IMG/VR virus record: IMGVR_UViG_3300016484_000310 | Span: 1-64,000 of that record | Length of the DNA: 64,000 nt | Reading direction: 5' to 3' (one strand) | DNA from: a virus | In this document: positions 40,753 to 51,574 of the stretch, one piece after another | Position numbering within the stretch: the stretch's first letter is position 1 | Layout of the letters: the number at the start of each line of letters is the position of its first letter | Notes under the pieces: model-generated | Database searches by the model: none | Told to the model about the DNA's origin: nothing | The model's input: the letters and a program-made list of their open reading frames with translations, nothing else | Translations under genes and position numbers: made by a program

Positions 40753-43700
40753 ACAAGCCTGTCACTGTGACCCATGGGTTCATACCGGGAGCATCCCACA
40801 ACATATCCCATCCCAGTGAGTAAGGCAGAGTGCCTTCCACAGCCTTAGTAGCGAGGTTGTCAGTTACTGGACCTGAATCCAGTCCCAATACACCAATCCC
40901 CACCATAGACCGCACAGGATTCTCTCTGACCGTCTGGAGAGCAACCTTCATAGATCTGATCTTGAAGGTCAGGAACCAAGTGGCACCCATCGACTCCAGA
41001 TAGGTTCTGGTCCGACCCGGCAGCAGAGAGAAGTTCACGAATTCTTCATTCACTCTCGCCATTGCCTGATCAGGCTTCATGCCAGTCTCAATCAGATGAT
41101 CGTAGTAGATCGACTTGGCAATGAAGTCCCCATACTGAACAGCTTTGTTGGCACCACGATAGATTGCTGTGTCTTTGCTCAGCAACCCATACTTGGCCAC
41201 AGTCTGCACACCAGCAGGCAGTTTGTTGAGTTGGTTCTCAAACCAATCTCCAAACTTCCCATCAGTGATCGACACATCCAGATCAGTCATGCCTTCAGAG
41301 ATCGTCTTGTAGGCACCAGCCTCGACAAGAGGAGCCACTGAGAAACGCTTGTTTTCATCTTCAAGAACTTGGATTTCCTGTCTCAGGATAGCGACCTTGT
41401 TCTTGTCTGTGGCTTTCAGTCTGATCCGAGCCTGAAGACCCATGATCTTCTTCAGGTTCTCATTCAGTTTGTCGATCTCAGCAAACTTGTCTCTGTATCC
41501 TTTCATGATTGCCTTGGTTCCAACACCACGGTTCACAAGCTGGAACACGTTGGACTGAGTGTTCATGTAAGGCACCACCAGAGATCTGACCACGATCAGA
41601 TCCTTGGCAGAAGAGATTGTGTTCATTGTCACAGTCTCTGTGTTTGCCAGCCATTTGAAGGCTTTGTCTCCCATGGTCATTTTTCCAACTGCTTTCACAG
41701 CCAGAACCACAGGCTCAGGCAGACGATGGTTTCCAGTGAACACGTCAACGATAGATGGATCTCTGTAACCCAGAGCCAAGTTGATCATGCCCTTACGAAC
41801 CATGAACCCAGTCTCTTCACCAAACTCAGCCATGATATATTCCTTGAGCTGAGGAGGAATGACCTTCCAGCTCTCGGCATAGATCTTGTCTTTTGCTGTA
41901 TCCATTCTGGTGAACAGACCATCTGTGTTTGGTTCTCTGTTGTCCCAGATCTTCTTCAGCTCCTTGACCAGAGTAAGGTTGTATTCGTGGGAGAATTTCT
42001 CTTCCACCTGACGACCAGCCCAAGCACCAACCATCATTGCCATATTAGACTCTGGCTGAAGATACTTCTGTGCCAAGTCAGGATTGATCGCTCTCTCATA
42101 GAAGAGCACTCCACCATCCTGATCCATGACAGGAATGAGCACATGCTTGTTGTCGTTCACTGTGAGCACGTTGTTCAGTGCATCAGTGATCGAGATCACA
42201 GCAACCCCAGAGATCACTCCAGAGACCGTCCCATTGACTGTCAGGCCCGTCGTAGCGTTCACACCACGATAGGTATCCTGCACCTGCTGGAGAACGCCCT
42301 GAGAGTAGTTCCCACCTTGTTTCACTGTAGTCATGTAGTAACCCCGTGAAACCAGTGAGCCGCTGTCTGTGGTGTCGTCTGCAACACGCACATACCCACG
42401 TCTCTCAAGGTCTTCTCTTTCGCTGTCTCTGGCGATGATGAGGCTTGTTTCACCCTTGCTGTGGTCAGGAATGTAACCTTTGTAGCCATTCATCCGAGCA
42501 GCCTCAGAGATGGTCTTCGAGTCTTCTTCCTTGTTCAGAGCCTGAACGTAGACCAGCAGGTTGTGAACCCCATCAGGATCACTTGCCTGCATACGAGCCA
42601 CAGACTCTCTCTGAGTCTTGTCTGTCCCATTCAGGGCATACAGGCTGATCAGACGATCCAGCTCTTTGACCATGAAAGGCTTCTTGCCTCCTGCCAATTT
42701 GTGAATGGCATAGGCATTCTTCCAGAGCTGGAACCCAGCTCCTTTCCCATTCATGAAGTCAGCCAGTTGCTGACCTTTCAGAAGCATGTTGTTCCCAACT
42801 TCTCCGGGAAACTCTTTGCGGATCTTCTTCTCTGCATCCTTGATACGCTGATCCAGAAGAGACTGGTCACTCAACATGTCAAAGGCATCATCGGGGTTTC
42901 CGATGTCAAACAGAGCAGCGAAATCAGCCTTACCCAGAACATGATGGAGATCTCTCCACTGTTCAGCAGTCGGGTGAGTCTTGAATTCGTTCTGGAAGAT
43001 CACCGGAAGTTCTTCCCGGTAAGCCTGACGAGAGGACTGGACCACATAGTTCACCTTGTCCAGCATCTGAATGACGTTGGTGTTGATCGCATCACCACCC
43101 ACGATTTCAGAAACCAGTTCACGAATGAACACCAGACCATCCAGCATTCCACCCATATGGGTAGCAGTCTTTGCTGCCTTGGCAGATTGCTTAGACAGGT
43201 TTGGGTCAAGATAGTTTGTGGCCAGAGTCACAGCACCAGAAACAGTCTTGAGCAGACCATTCTTGGTTGAGGCTTGAACCTCTCTGTTCATGGCATTGGT
43301 TCTCTGAGCCAGTTGAGACAAAGCACCACCCACAAAGGTATCAGCCTTTGTGAACGTCTTCATAAGCCCTTGCAGAGCCTTGAATTCATTAGCGTTGTCT
43401 TGTCTCAGAATCTGATCGCTGAGAGTGTCCATGATCTCTTTGACAGACTTTCCTTCAAGATCTGTCGAAGCCACAACCTTCTGCATCAGATACCCAGTAG
43501 AAGTCGTCAGCAGATCATTCAAAGACTTGATCTTCTGACCTCTTTGGGAAGCAGGCTGGGGCAGTTGCTCCATGGCTTTTCTGAAGCCTGTGGATGTCTG
43601 AGACAGAGCCAGAAGAACAGCAATAGAGTCCGAGATGCCTTCATCATTCTTGGTGGCTCCCATCAGTTCCATGACCGTAGAGTAACGATCCTGAGCAGCC

Positions 43701-46700
43701 TGACCAGTTCCAAACATGGCAGGAGTCAGGTTGTTCACCACATGCTCATAGGTCTTGCCAAGAGCAATGAGAGCCTTGCTGTCCAGTCTCAATTCCGCTG
43801 CAATGACTGTATGGATCGCAGTGAAGGTCTTCTTCTGGTATTCGCTCATAGCGAAACCACCAAAATCCAACTTCACCAGAGCATCATCAGCAGTCTTGAT
43901 GTATCTCAGCAGACGCTCTTGAGCATTGTTCCCAGTAGCAGTCTTTGACTGTTCCAGACGTTCTCTCAAACGGTCGATCCAGAAGTTGGTGAAAGTGTTC
44001 GCTGTAGGCGTCACTTCTTCACCTTGGTTTTCATCCAGATCAAACCCACCGGGGAATTCTTCATTACGGATCATCTCCGTGTTGAAGAGGATCTGGCTAT
44101 ACATGTCTACAGGAACCACCCCAAGGATCTTCTGGATCCAAGCCTTGGCAGCCTTTGTCAGACGAGCAACCAGAGATGTAGGAGTCTGTTTCAGCTCCCG
44201 CATCAGGTGATCGTTTGCAAGAGTCCAAGCCATGAACTCATTCAGAGCAATGGCATCACCCATAGCAGTGGCTTCAGCCTTGGCTTGGACAATGGCTGTC
44301 TTGGCGTTCAGGTAAACATCCAGAGCCTCTTGGCTCATGGAAGCAGTATCCATCGAAAGGAACTCTTCCATCAGAACCTCAAGGTTCTTCACAGCCGTAG
44401 ATTTCTGAACCCCTTGATAGTGGTTCAGCACAGCATTGAAGGTAGCCATGTGAATCAGCTCATGAGTGATCGTCTCATGGTTGTCACTCATGATGAAGAT
44501 CGTATTGCTATCCACGTCGTAGAACCCTTTGGTTCTTTGTTCGAGAGTTCTCGATGAAGGCTGGCTGTTCTCAGCTCTCCACTTCGCAATCTCTTCCTGA
44601 GTCCCCATGACGATACGAGCATCATCAGGGAGCATCCCTCTGATGGCACGGATGACATCACGAAGATAAGGCTTGGCCTCTCTCATGAGAGCATCAGTCA
44701 CAGTGGCCACATCAGTGACAACGATGGGGTCTTCTGCAACCTCTTGAGATTGTTCAGAAGTTTCTTCAGTGGGCTGAGTTACAGCCACTTTGCCATCCAT
44801 TTGATCTTGGATCATCTGGTTGATCTGTTCATAGGTCAGCTCTTCTCCGTTTTCGTTACGGACAAAAGCTTTCCCTGAACCACCCATGTGATCCACGGAC
44901 AGAGTGATCTGTTTGAACACAGTCTTTCTGGCTTGGTTCAATCTGTGGACTTCTTCCAGTTTGGTCTTCAGGTCATTGACAGTGAATGCCACAACCGAAG
45001 ACTTCTCTTCAGAAGACTTCTTCACAGTTGCAAAGGCTTGTTCCAGTTTTCCTTCAAGCCCTTGGCTCTTCACGAGATCCAAGAACTGAGTGAAGTTGCC
45101 CACAACCGGACCCAGAACATCCTGATCCCAGTTTGCCAGAACTGCTTCGTTGATCTGGTTGCTCAGATCACCAAAGTCAGAAATCGCCATGTCGATACCG
45201 TCAAAGATGGGAATCGCTCTCTCAGGAGCGTTATCAGCCCCAAAGATCCGGTTCATCATCATGGCATCGCCTCTGCCTTGAATGATGTAAGGAATGACCT
45301 TCACACCAAGGTTGTCAGGCTTCTGCATTGTGGATTTGGTCCGAATGTTCCCACTCAGGTTCGAACTCATCTCAGTCTTGTCTTGTTGACCAGTGAAGTC
45401 ACCAATCCGAAGAGCCTGAAGCCCGTCATTGTAGAACGGTGCAAAGGCCAGAGTTTCCTTGACCACTGCGTCATAGGCAGCCTGAGTCAGTTTTCTCAGA
45501 GCGAAATCGCTGGTGTTCCCAGCAGCCTTCCATTCTTTCTCAGCTTCACTCACAGCTTCAGCAAGACGCTGTTCAAAGAACAGCTTCATGAATTCGCCTT
45601 GCACACCTGTGGTGTAAACCAGAAGGTCATTCACACCTGTGGTCTTCTCGCTCATCACTTCGCTGATTGAGCTGCTCAGAACCACCCCAATGGTCTCTTT
45701 CACGAATTCCGAGAAAGGCACCATCTTGGCAGCAGGCAGAACAAACGAGTTCACATCCAGCTTGTCAGGGAGTCTCACCCCAAACAGCAGGTCCAGATCT
45801 TCGTTGATCTCTGCGTAGTTCAGATGTTCTTCGACTGACACACCATCAGGCAACTCAATCAGTTGGCTGTAGAAACCAACCAGCATGTCCTGAGTGATAC
45901 CTTCAGCAATGCCTTTTTCACCAGACCCGTAGACCTTCTTGGTCATCGGGTTCTTCGAAGTGGCACGGCTCATCACAATCGAACCGTCAGGCTTGATCTC
46001 GAAGTCACCGAAGTGAGCAGCAAATCGTTGCAGAGCGATCAGACGCTTTTTGTCCAATCCTTTGGCTGCATTGATCATGTTGAACATTCTCTTGGTCGAG
46101 AAAGCTGAGTTCACCTCATAGAGGTCAACCTCTCCACCAGAGAACAGAGTGTTCAGGGTCTCAGTCTTTGAACCAAGGAACAGACCGATACGCTTGAAGT
46201 TTTCATACTCCATGCGAGTCATCAGACCTTGTCCCAGAGCCACCATCATGTTGGCCGGACCATCGGTCTTACCATCCAGTTCAAAGCTCAGGGTAGTCTC
46301 AAAGTTTTGTGCAGTCCCTGCCTTCAGGGCTTGCTGGAGACGAGCCACAGCCAGCACAGCATTCACCTGTGCCACTTCCACATTCTCGCCCTTGTTGGCC
46401 TTCAGCATCGCTTCTGCAAAGGCTTGTTGGTCGAGAGTTCCATTCTCCAGATAAGCAGAGACAATCGCAGTGGCTTCACCAAAGCGAGTTTGGAAATCTT
46501 GCTGCACAGTCGTCAGGATCTTGGAGTGGAGTTTCTTCTCCACCTTCGCAATCCCTGAAGCCTGAGCCACAGTCAGCCAGAAGGCATTTTTGTGGTTCTG
46601 GTTTCCGACCATATCCAGTTTGGAGTGGGTAGGAGTGATCATCGCTCTCAGAAGCTTGTTGTTCTGAGGGTTGAGTCCTTTCATCTGGTGACGACCCACA

Positions 46701-49700
46701 TTGGTCACACCAACAGGGAAGAACACAGGACGACCTTGAGCAGCACTCACCATTTGGAATGCAGTCAGGTAGTCACGTTCGATAGATGTGTTCTTGCCTT
46801 CGATTGAGAGTCTCAGAGGATGACGAGCTGAGAGCTGAGAAGAATCCTTCTTCCCTGCCATCATCGACCAAGTGTCCAGACCCAGTGCTTGGAACAGACC
46901 AACCACAGGAGCAGCCTCAAGGTATGCAGTATCCTGCATCTTCTTGATGGCCTTACGTTCCAGCACAGACAGTTTTACGTCAGGCTTGTTCGATTGAGTG
47001 CTGTCCACATGAGTCAGCTTTTCACCGAAAGAAGCCATTATGGAATCTTCCGGGAAAAGAACCTTGTCCAGAGAACCAGCAGCCTCAAGACCAATGGCTT
47101 CCTGTTCACCCTGAAGGTTCGAGATCTCAAAGGTAGTGGCTTTGCCTTTGCCCACCTTGATGTCAATCACACGAACCAGAGGATCTTCCATCTGGCTCAG
47201 CACAGTGAAGATCTCTTTGACCAGACCTTCAGTAGTCCCTCTGATGTCAACCATCTGAGAGGCTCTGTCAGCCTGAACGTTCCAGAGTTTCATGACCTTC
47301 TTGGCCAGAGACTCTGACACACTCCGAGGAGGAACGCTGTTCAGCAGATCCTTTACGTCGTCTTGAGTCAGGTCATCAGCCTTGAGTTCCAGCTCTTCCA
47401 GCAGATCATCAAGACGATCAGCACCATAGGCTCTGGCAGTAGTCATCCAGTCGATCACAGCCATTGAAGCCAGATCGAGAAGACGTTGATCATACTTCCC
47501 AGTCTGAGGATCGACGATCATCAGAGGCTTGAAATCTCGAATTTCAAGCACTGAGGCTTGATCATCTTTGAGACCTTGAGCAAGTGTCTTGGTCTTTTGC
47601 TCCAGACGCTTGAGAGTAGCCACACGGTCATTCATGCCGTCACGGATACGACCCAAAAGGATCTGAGCAAATTCCTGATAGGTCTCAGTTCCCGGCTGAG
47701 CCGAGATGAGTTTCAGGATCTGATCAACGTTTTCAGCCTTGGCAGGAGTCTTCTTCTGACGGAACACACTGACAAAGCGATCACTGATCTGAGCCTCAGT
47801 TTGTGGACCAGTTTCAAAACCGATCTGCTTGAATCCAGCAGCATTGGCTTCACGCTCAAGAGCGATGTTTTCAGGATCCATCAGATCCTTGGCATAGGTC
47901 TTTCCTTGGCTCAGTTGCTCAATGTGAGCAAGTCCATGAGCCATGATGAAACCCACATAGGTGTTCACACCCTTGTCCAAAACAAAGGTTCTGAAGGCTT
48001 CTTTGTCGATGTCCTTGAAGACCTCTGCCTTCTGAGCAGATGTCTGGCCTTCGAGACCATCAATGTATTTCAGACCATTCTTGAAGTCTGAAAGGATCTT
48101 CTCAACGTTCAGACGAATGGTCTTCTTTGAAGGACTGGTTCCAGCCAAAGAAGAGTTCTCATCATTGGAGAAAACCAGTGACCATCCTTCAGGCAGTTTG
48201 CCTTCATATCTTTTGGTGATCTTGTCTTGCAGCTTTTCAGCCTCAGTCTTCTCTTGAGGCTGAAGAACAGAAACCTGATCAGACTTAGTGCTGATGACAA
48301 GGATGTCTCCAGCATCATTGGTGATCACCACACCATCAGCCCCATTTTCCAGAAGCTTCTCAATCGCACGCTTCCGCTGCATCGAGTAAACATCCACATC
48401 ATTCTCTGATGCCTCCAAGTATTCTGGAGACTTGAGAGTGATGTCAGCAGTGATAACCCGAGCACCTTGCAGCTCATTACGAGCAGCGTGCATTGTGGCC
48501 AGTCCCGGTCTGTTGGTCCAGAAAGTCTCACCTTCCTTGAACCGATCAAACTTCTGGTTGGTTCCATGGTAAACCCGATAGGTGATCGACCCATCAGCAT
48601 TCACTCTATTTCCAAAGCCATCATCGGTCTCGGATGCGGGGACCGCATCCTCGACAGCCGTTGTCGGAGGTGTTTGTTCCTGAGTTTGTTCCTGTGTGTT
48701 TTGGCCGTTCTCGTCGGTCCCTCCTGACGGAGGAACCTCCTCGACCGCCGTTGTGTTTTGGTTGCTCACTTGAGCAACTTCAGACTCGACGGTCTTGATC
48801 GAAGGCATGGTCATAGGACCATTCGGGAAGCTCTCAGGATACTGAGCTGCCAGAGTGTTATACAGCTCACCAATCAAAGCTGCATCAGCACCCACAGTCT
48901 TGGCAAAGGTCACTGAGTTCACTGACCGCTTATTGTAGTTCACAGCAGCAGAGCCAGCCATACCAGCCTTGATGAAGTCTTTGCCCCGAACCAGAGTGTC
49001 ATGGAACACTCTAGGACCGACACCAGAAGCATCGTTCTTGTCGAATGACTCATTCAGGGCATTGACCTTGTTGGCCATATGCTGAGCCAGTTTGCCAAAG
49101 TTCTCAGCAACTGTCTTCACAGGCACACGAACACCGTCGATCTCTACTGACTTGTCAGCAGACCGTGAACCAAGGATGATCCGGTTGGCAAAATCGTTCA
49201 GAGAAGGGACTTTGTTTTCCCCACTCAGATTTCCAACGATCAGATTCCGAGAGACTTTTTCCACATTGGTCTCAGGCTTCTCTGGGTTCTGACCAGTAGC
49301 CTTGAGAGCCTGATATTTGTCTTCAGAGATCTTGACGATGTTCTCTTTGTAGGTGTTGAAAAGACGAGCCACTTTGGCGTCATTTTCCAAGTTCTGAACA
49401 TCTTGAGGACTCATGTCCCCACGATCTTCCTGTTTCAGAATCTTGTCTGCCACATCAGGGTTGATGTTGGTCGGATTGATCTTGCTCATGGCAAGAGTCA
49501 TCGACTTAAGAACAGGACTGACCTTCTCAATCGTAGAGCTGACAGCAGTGTTCAGATCCAGACGAGCTGCACGCTTGCGGATACGTTCCAAATCAGGGGA
49601 AGCCAGAACCTTCTTCACCTTGTCCTGAATTTCAGGAGCCAAAGATGAAGCAGCATTCTGCATCTCGTTGTATTTCTGACTCACAAAAAGAATGGCATCA

Positions 49701-51544
49701 TCTGCCATGTCCGAGATCGGAGTCTTCTTTTCAGCCAGAGTTTTCACGATGTTTGTCATCGTGTCAGCAATGGTAGATCCCGGAGCCACAGAGTCCTTAA
49801 AGGCTTCAGGAACAGTTTCATTGGTATCCGTCACAGATCCCAATGAACCAGTATCCACAGCAGGATCCTGCACAGCCTTGTTGACTTCTTCAGCAGCAGC
49901 AACTGTCTCGCTCTGGATCACAGGGTTCGGTCTTTCGACGTAATCCTGAGCTGTCTTGATGGCTTGGCTCACCAGAGGCTCAGCAGCAGCTCTCACAGCC
50001 TGCACAGCAGTCTTGGCAGTACCCACTGCCCCAGACAGCACATCGCTCTCAGCAAGGCTCTGAGCGGCTTCCTTGGCTCTGTTTACAGCCTCAGCCCCTC
50101 TGCTCATAACAGAGTTGAAAAGATCCTCAGCAGGAGATGTCTGAGTCATCATAGAACGAAGTTCAGCATCACGCTCTTCAGGAGTCATTCTGGCTCTGGC
50201 ATCAGCACGACGTTGAGCAGCAATCTGCTCTCCCATGCTTTGAACAAAGCGTTCATTCGCCACTTGCTCTTTGATCCGGTCAAACTGTTCTTGCAGACCA
50301 TTGGCAATCCCTGAAGGAGCACCAATGATACCAGCAGTTCCAAAGCCACCGATGATCCCACTGACCGCTTGATCAGCAACACCTTCCATCAGAGGCTGGG
50401 AAGGATCCACGATATTCTGAATAGCGATGTTCTGGTTCAGTTGACCAGAACCACCTTGAGCACCTTCTTCCAGTGCTTCTTTCCCTGCGGTGATGAACAC
50501 ACCCAGAGGGTTTTCACCTCTCATCACTGAAAGAGGATTGGCGTTGAATTTGGCACTCAGCAGACCAGCAGCCATTGCAGACGGAAGCTGTCTGACAAAG
50601 GCATCCAGACCAGCCTCATCAGCAACTGCCATGAGTGCTCTCTCATGAGTGTATCCCTGACCAATCAGGTCTTGATACATCTGAGAGCCTGCCATCTCTT
50701 CAGGAGTCCGACCCATCACCTCATTCACAGTAGAGGTGTAGGTAGAAGCGGCTTCTGTGATACCCATACCCACAGATGAACCAGCAGTCTCAAGGGCCAG
50801 TCTCTTGACCCCCTCAATACCATACCGTTCAGCCAGACCAATAGCCAGACGTTCACCAGCCTTGGCGAAGATTGAACCAGTGGCAAGAGAGCCAGCAGCA
50901 TTCGCCAGAAGATCTCCAGTAGCCACTGGGTCACTCAGAATGCGATCACCTGCATTCAGAGCATCACGCCCAAACTTGGTCAGGCTGGCAATGAATTCAC
51001 TGTCTCCAGCAGCGATGTCTTGTTCATACTGATCTTGGCTCATCTGATCGTCGATGGCACTGATCTGACCCTGAATACGAGCACTCTCTTGTGCTGTATC
51101 CGTGCGGTATGACTGGATGTTTTGAACAGTCTCATCTGTGGCTCCAGAAAGAACCACAGCGTAGCCTTTCATCAGACTACCAATATCGTCAGCAGTGGTT
51201 CCATCCTCAGCGAAATACTGAGTAGCAGTTCCCAGCCCAGTCATGGCCAGAGAACCAATGGAACCTGCAAAAGCAGGGATCGTCGAACCAGCAGTCAGAA
51301 GAGTATCCCCAATGATCTCTCCAGCAGTGCGATCACGCAGACGAGCAGCTTCTTGCTCCAGTCTACGCTTCTCTTCAGCCAGAGTGCGTTCTTGAGGAGT
51401 GGGTTCAGTTGCAGCAACTTCAGCCAAAAACTGAGGATTCGTCAGAATCGAGTTCTGATACTTCGGAGCCTCAGTTGTTGGAGTAGGATTCAGGAAGTTG
51501 GGATTGGCCAGAGGAGAGTTGGCGTAGTTGGGTGTGTCAACCAT
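40751..51544 (-). CDS. N4 gp50-like virion-encapsidated RNA polymerase (vRNAP), 3597 aa
   Basis: Giant ORF with SD GAGGAA. T7-like motifs: T/DxxGR as TNVGRHQ (46691-46705); motif A ELDGKTDGPANMM (about 46250-46282); motif B KNPMTKKVYGSG (about 45920-45955); motif C PIFDGIDMA (about 45188-45211). The motif spacing is similar to what I recall for N4 mini-vRNAP. Confidence 0.9.
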   Translation of the reverse strand: MVDTPNYANSPLANPNFLNPTPTTEAPKYQNSILTNPQFLAEVAATEPTPQERTLAEEKRRLEQEAARLRDRTAGEIIGDTLLTAGSTIPAFAGSIGSLAMTGLGTATQYFAEDGTTADDIGSLMKGYAVVLSGATDETVQNIQSYRTDTAQESARIQGQISAIDDQMSQDQYEQDIAAGDSEFIASLTKFGRDALNAGDRILSDPVATGDLLANAAGSLATGSIFAKAGERLAIGLAERYGIEGVKRLALETAGSSVGMGITEAASTYTSTVNEVMGRTPEEMAGSQMYQDLIGQGYTHERALMAVADEAGLDAFVRQLPSAMAAGLLSAKFNANPLSVMRGENPLGVFITAGKEALEEGAQGGSGQLNQNIAIQNIVDPSQPLMEGVADQAVSGIIGGFGTAGIIGAPSGIANGLQEQFDRIKEQVANERFVQSMGEQIAAQRRADARARMTPEERDAELRSMMTQTSPAEDLFNSVMSRGAEAVNRAKEAAQSLAESDVLSGAVGTAKTAVQAVRAAAEPLVSQAIKTAQDYVERPNPVIQSETVAAAEEVNKAVQDPAVDTGSLGSVTDTNETVPEAFKDSVAPGSTIADTMTNIVKTLAEKKTPISDMADDAILFVSQKYNEMQNAASSLAPEIQDKVKKVLASPDLERIRKRAARLDLNTAVSSTIEKVSPVLKSMTLAMSKINPTNINPDVADKILKQEDRGDMSPQDVQNLENDAKVARLFNTYKENIVKISEDKYQALKATGQNPEKPETNVEKVSRNLIVGNLSGENKVPSLNDFANRIILGSRSADKSVEIDGVRVPVKTVAENFGKLAQHMANKVNALNESFDKNDASGVGPRVFHDTLVRGKDFIKAGMAGSAAVNYNKRSVNSVTFAKTVGADAALIGELYNTLAAQYPESFPNGPMTMPSIKTVESEVAQVSNQNTTAVEEVPPSGGTDENGQNTQEQTQEQTPPTTAVEDAVPASETDDGFGNRVNADGSITYRVYHGTNQKFDRFKEGETFWTNRPGLATMHAARNELQGARVITADITLKSPEYLEASENDVDVYSMQRKRAIEKLLENGADGVVITNDAGDILVISTKSDQVSVLQPQEKTEAEKLQDKITKRYEGKLPEGWSLVFSNDENSSLAGTSPSKKTIRLNVEKILSDFKNGLKYIDGLEGQTSAQKAEVFKDIDKEAFRTFVLDKGVNTYVGFIMAHGLAHIEQLSQGKTYAKDLMDPENIALEREANAAGFKQIGFETGPQTEAQISDRFVSVFRQKKTPAKAENVDQILKLISAQPGTETYQEFAQILLGRIRDGMNDRVATLKRLEQKTKTLAQGLKDDQASVLEIRDFKPLMIVDPQTGKYDQRLLDLASMAVIDWMTTARAYGADRLDDLLEELELKADDLTQDDVKDLLNSVPPRSVSESLAKKVMKLWNVQADRASQMVDIRGTTEGLVKEIFTVLSQMEDPLVRVIDIKVGKGKATTFEISNLQGEQEAIGLEAAGSLDKVLFPEDSIMASFGEKLTHVDSTQSNKPDVKLSVLERKAIKKMQDTAYLEAAPVVGLFQALGLDTWSMMAGKKDSSQLSARHPLRLSIEGKNTSIERDYLTAFQMVSAAQGRPVFFPVGVTNVGRHQMKGLNPQNNKLLRAMITPTHSKLDMVGNQNHKNAFWLTVAQASGIAKVEKKLHSKILTTVQQDFQTRFGEATAIVSAYLENGTLDQQAFAEAMLKANKGENVEVAQVNAVLAVARLQQALKAGTAQNFETTLSFELDGKTDGPANMMVALGQGLMTRMEYENFKRIGLFLGSKTETLNTLFSGGEVDLYEVNSAFSTKRMFNMINAAKGLDKKRLIALQRFAAHFGDFEIKPDGSIVMSRATSKNPMTKKVYGSGEKGIAEGITQDMLVGFYSQLIELPDGVSVEEHLNYAEINEDLDLLFGVRLPDKLDVNSFVLPAAKMVPFSEFVKETIGVVLSSSISEVMSEKTTGVNDLLVYTTGVQGEFMKLFFEQRLAEAVSEAEKEWKAAGNTSDFALRKLTQAAYDAVVKETLAFAPFYNDGLQALRIGDFTGQQDKTEMSSNLSGNIRTKSTMQKPDNLGVKVIPYIIQGRGDAMMMNRIFGADNAPERAIPIFDGIDMAISDFGDLSNQINEAVLANWDQDVLGPVVGNFTQFLDLVKSQGLEGKLEQAFATVKKSSEEKSSVVAFTVNDLKTKLEEVHRLNQARKTVFKQITLSVDHMGGSGKAFVRNENGEELTYEQINQMIQDQMDGKVAVTQPTEETSEQSQEVAEDPIVVTDVATVTDALMREAKPYLRDVIRAIRGMLPDDARIVMGTQEEIAKWRAENSQPSSRTLEQRTKGFYDVDSNTIFIMSDNHETITHELIHMATFNAVLNHYQGVQKSTAVKNLEVLMEEFLSMDTASMSQEALDVYLNAKTAIVQAKAEATAMGDAIALNEFMAWTLANDHLMRELKQTPTSLVARLTKAAKAWIQKILGVVPVDMYSQILFNTEMIRNEEFPGGFDLDENQGEEVTPTANTFTNFWIDRLRERLEQSKTATGNNAQERLLRYIKTADDALVKLDFGGFAMSEYQKKTFTAIHTVIAAELRLDSKALIALGKTYEHVVNNLTPAMFGTGQAAQDRYSTVMELMGATKNDEGISDSIAVLLALSQTSTGFRKAMEQLPQPASQRGQKIKSLNDLLTTSTGYLMQKVVASTDLEGKSVKEIMDTLSDQILRQDNANEFKALQGLMKTFTKADTFVGGALSQLAQRTNAMNREVQASTKNGLLKTVSGAVTLATNYLDPNLSKQSAKAAKTATHMGGMLDGLVFIRELVSEIVGGDAINTNVIQMLDKVNYVVQSSRQAYREELPVIFQNEFKTHPTAEQWRDLHHVLGKADFAALFDIGNPDDAFDMLSDQSLLDQRIKDAEKKIRKEFPGEVGNNMLLKGQQLADFMNGKGAGFQLWKNAYAIHKLAGGKKPFMVKELDRLISLYALNGTDKTQRESVARMQASDPDGVHNLLVYVQALNKEEDSKTISEAARMNGYKGYIPDHSKGETSLIIARDSEREDLERRGYVRVADDTTDSGSLVSRGYYMTTVKQGGNYSQGVLQQVQDTYRGVNATTGLTVNGTVSGVISGVAVISITDALNNVLTVNDNKHVLIPVMDQDGGVLFYERAINPDLAQKYLQPESNMAMMVGAWAGRQVEEKFSHEYNLTLVKELKKIWDNREPNTDGLFTRMDTAKDKIYAESWKVIPPQLKEYIMAEFGEETGFMVRKGMINLALGYRDPSIVDVFTGNHRLPEPVVLAVKAVGKMTMGDKAFKWLANTETVTMNTISSAKDLIVVRSLVVPYMNTQSNVFQLVNRGVGTKAIMKGYRDKFAEIDKLNENLKKIMGLQARIRLKATDKNKVAILRQEIQVLEDENKRFSVAPLVEAGAYKTISEGMTDLDVSITDGKFGDWFENQLNKLPAGVQTVAKYGLLSKDTAIYRGANKAVQYGDFIAKSIYYDHLIETGMKPDQAMARVNEEFVNFSLLPGRTRTYLESMGATWFLTFKIRSMKVALQTVRENPVRSMVGIGVLGLDSGPVTDNLATKAVEGTLPYSLGWDMLWDAPGMNPWVTVTGL

Positions 51545-51574
51545 GGTAGTTCCTCAAAGATGCTGAGGACTCTC

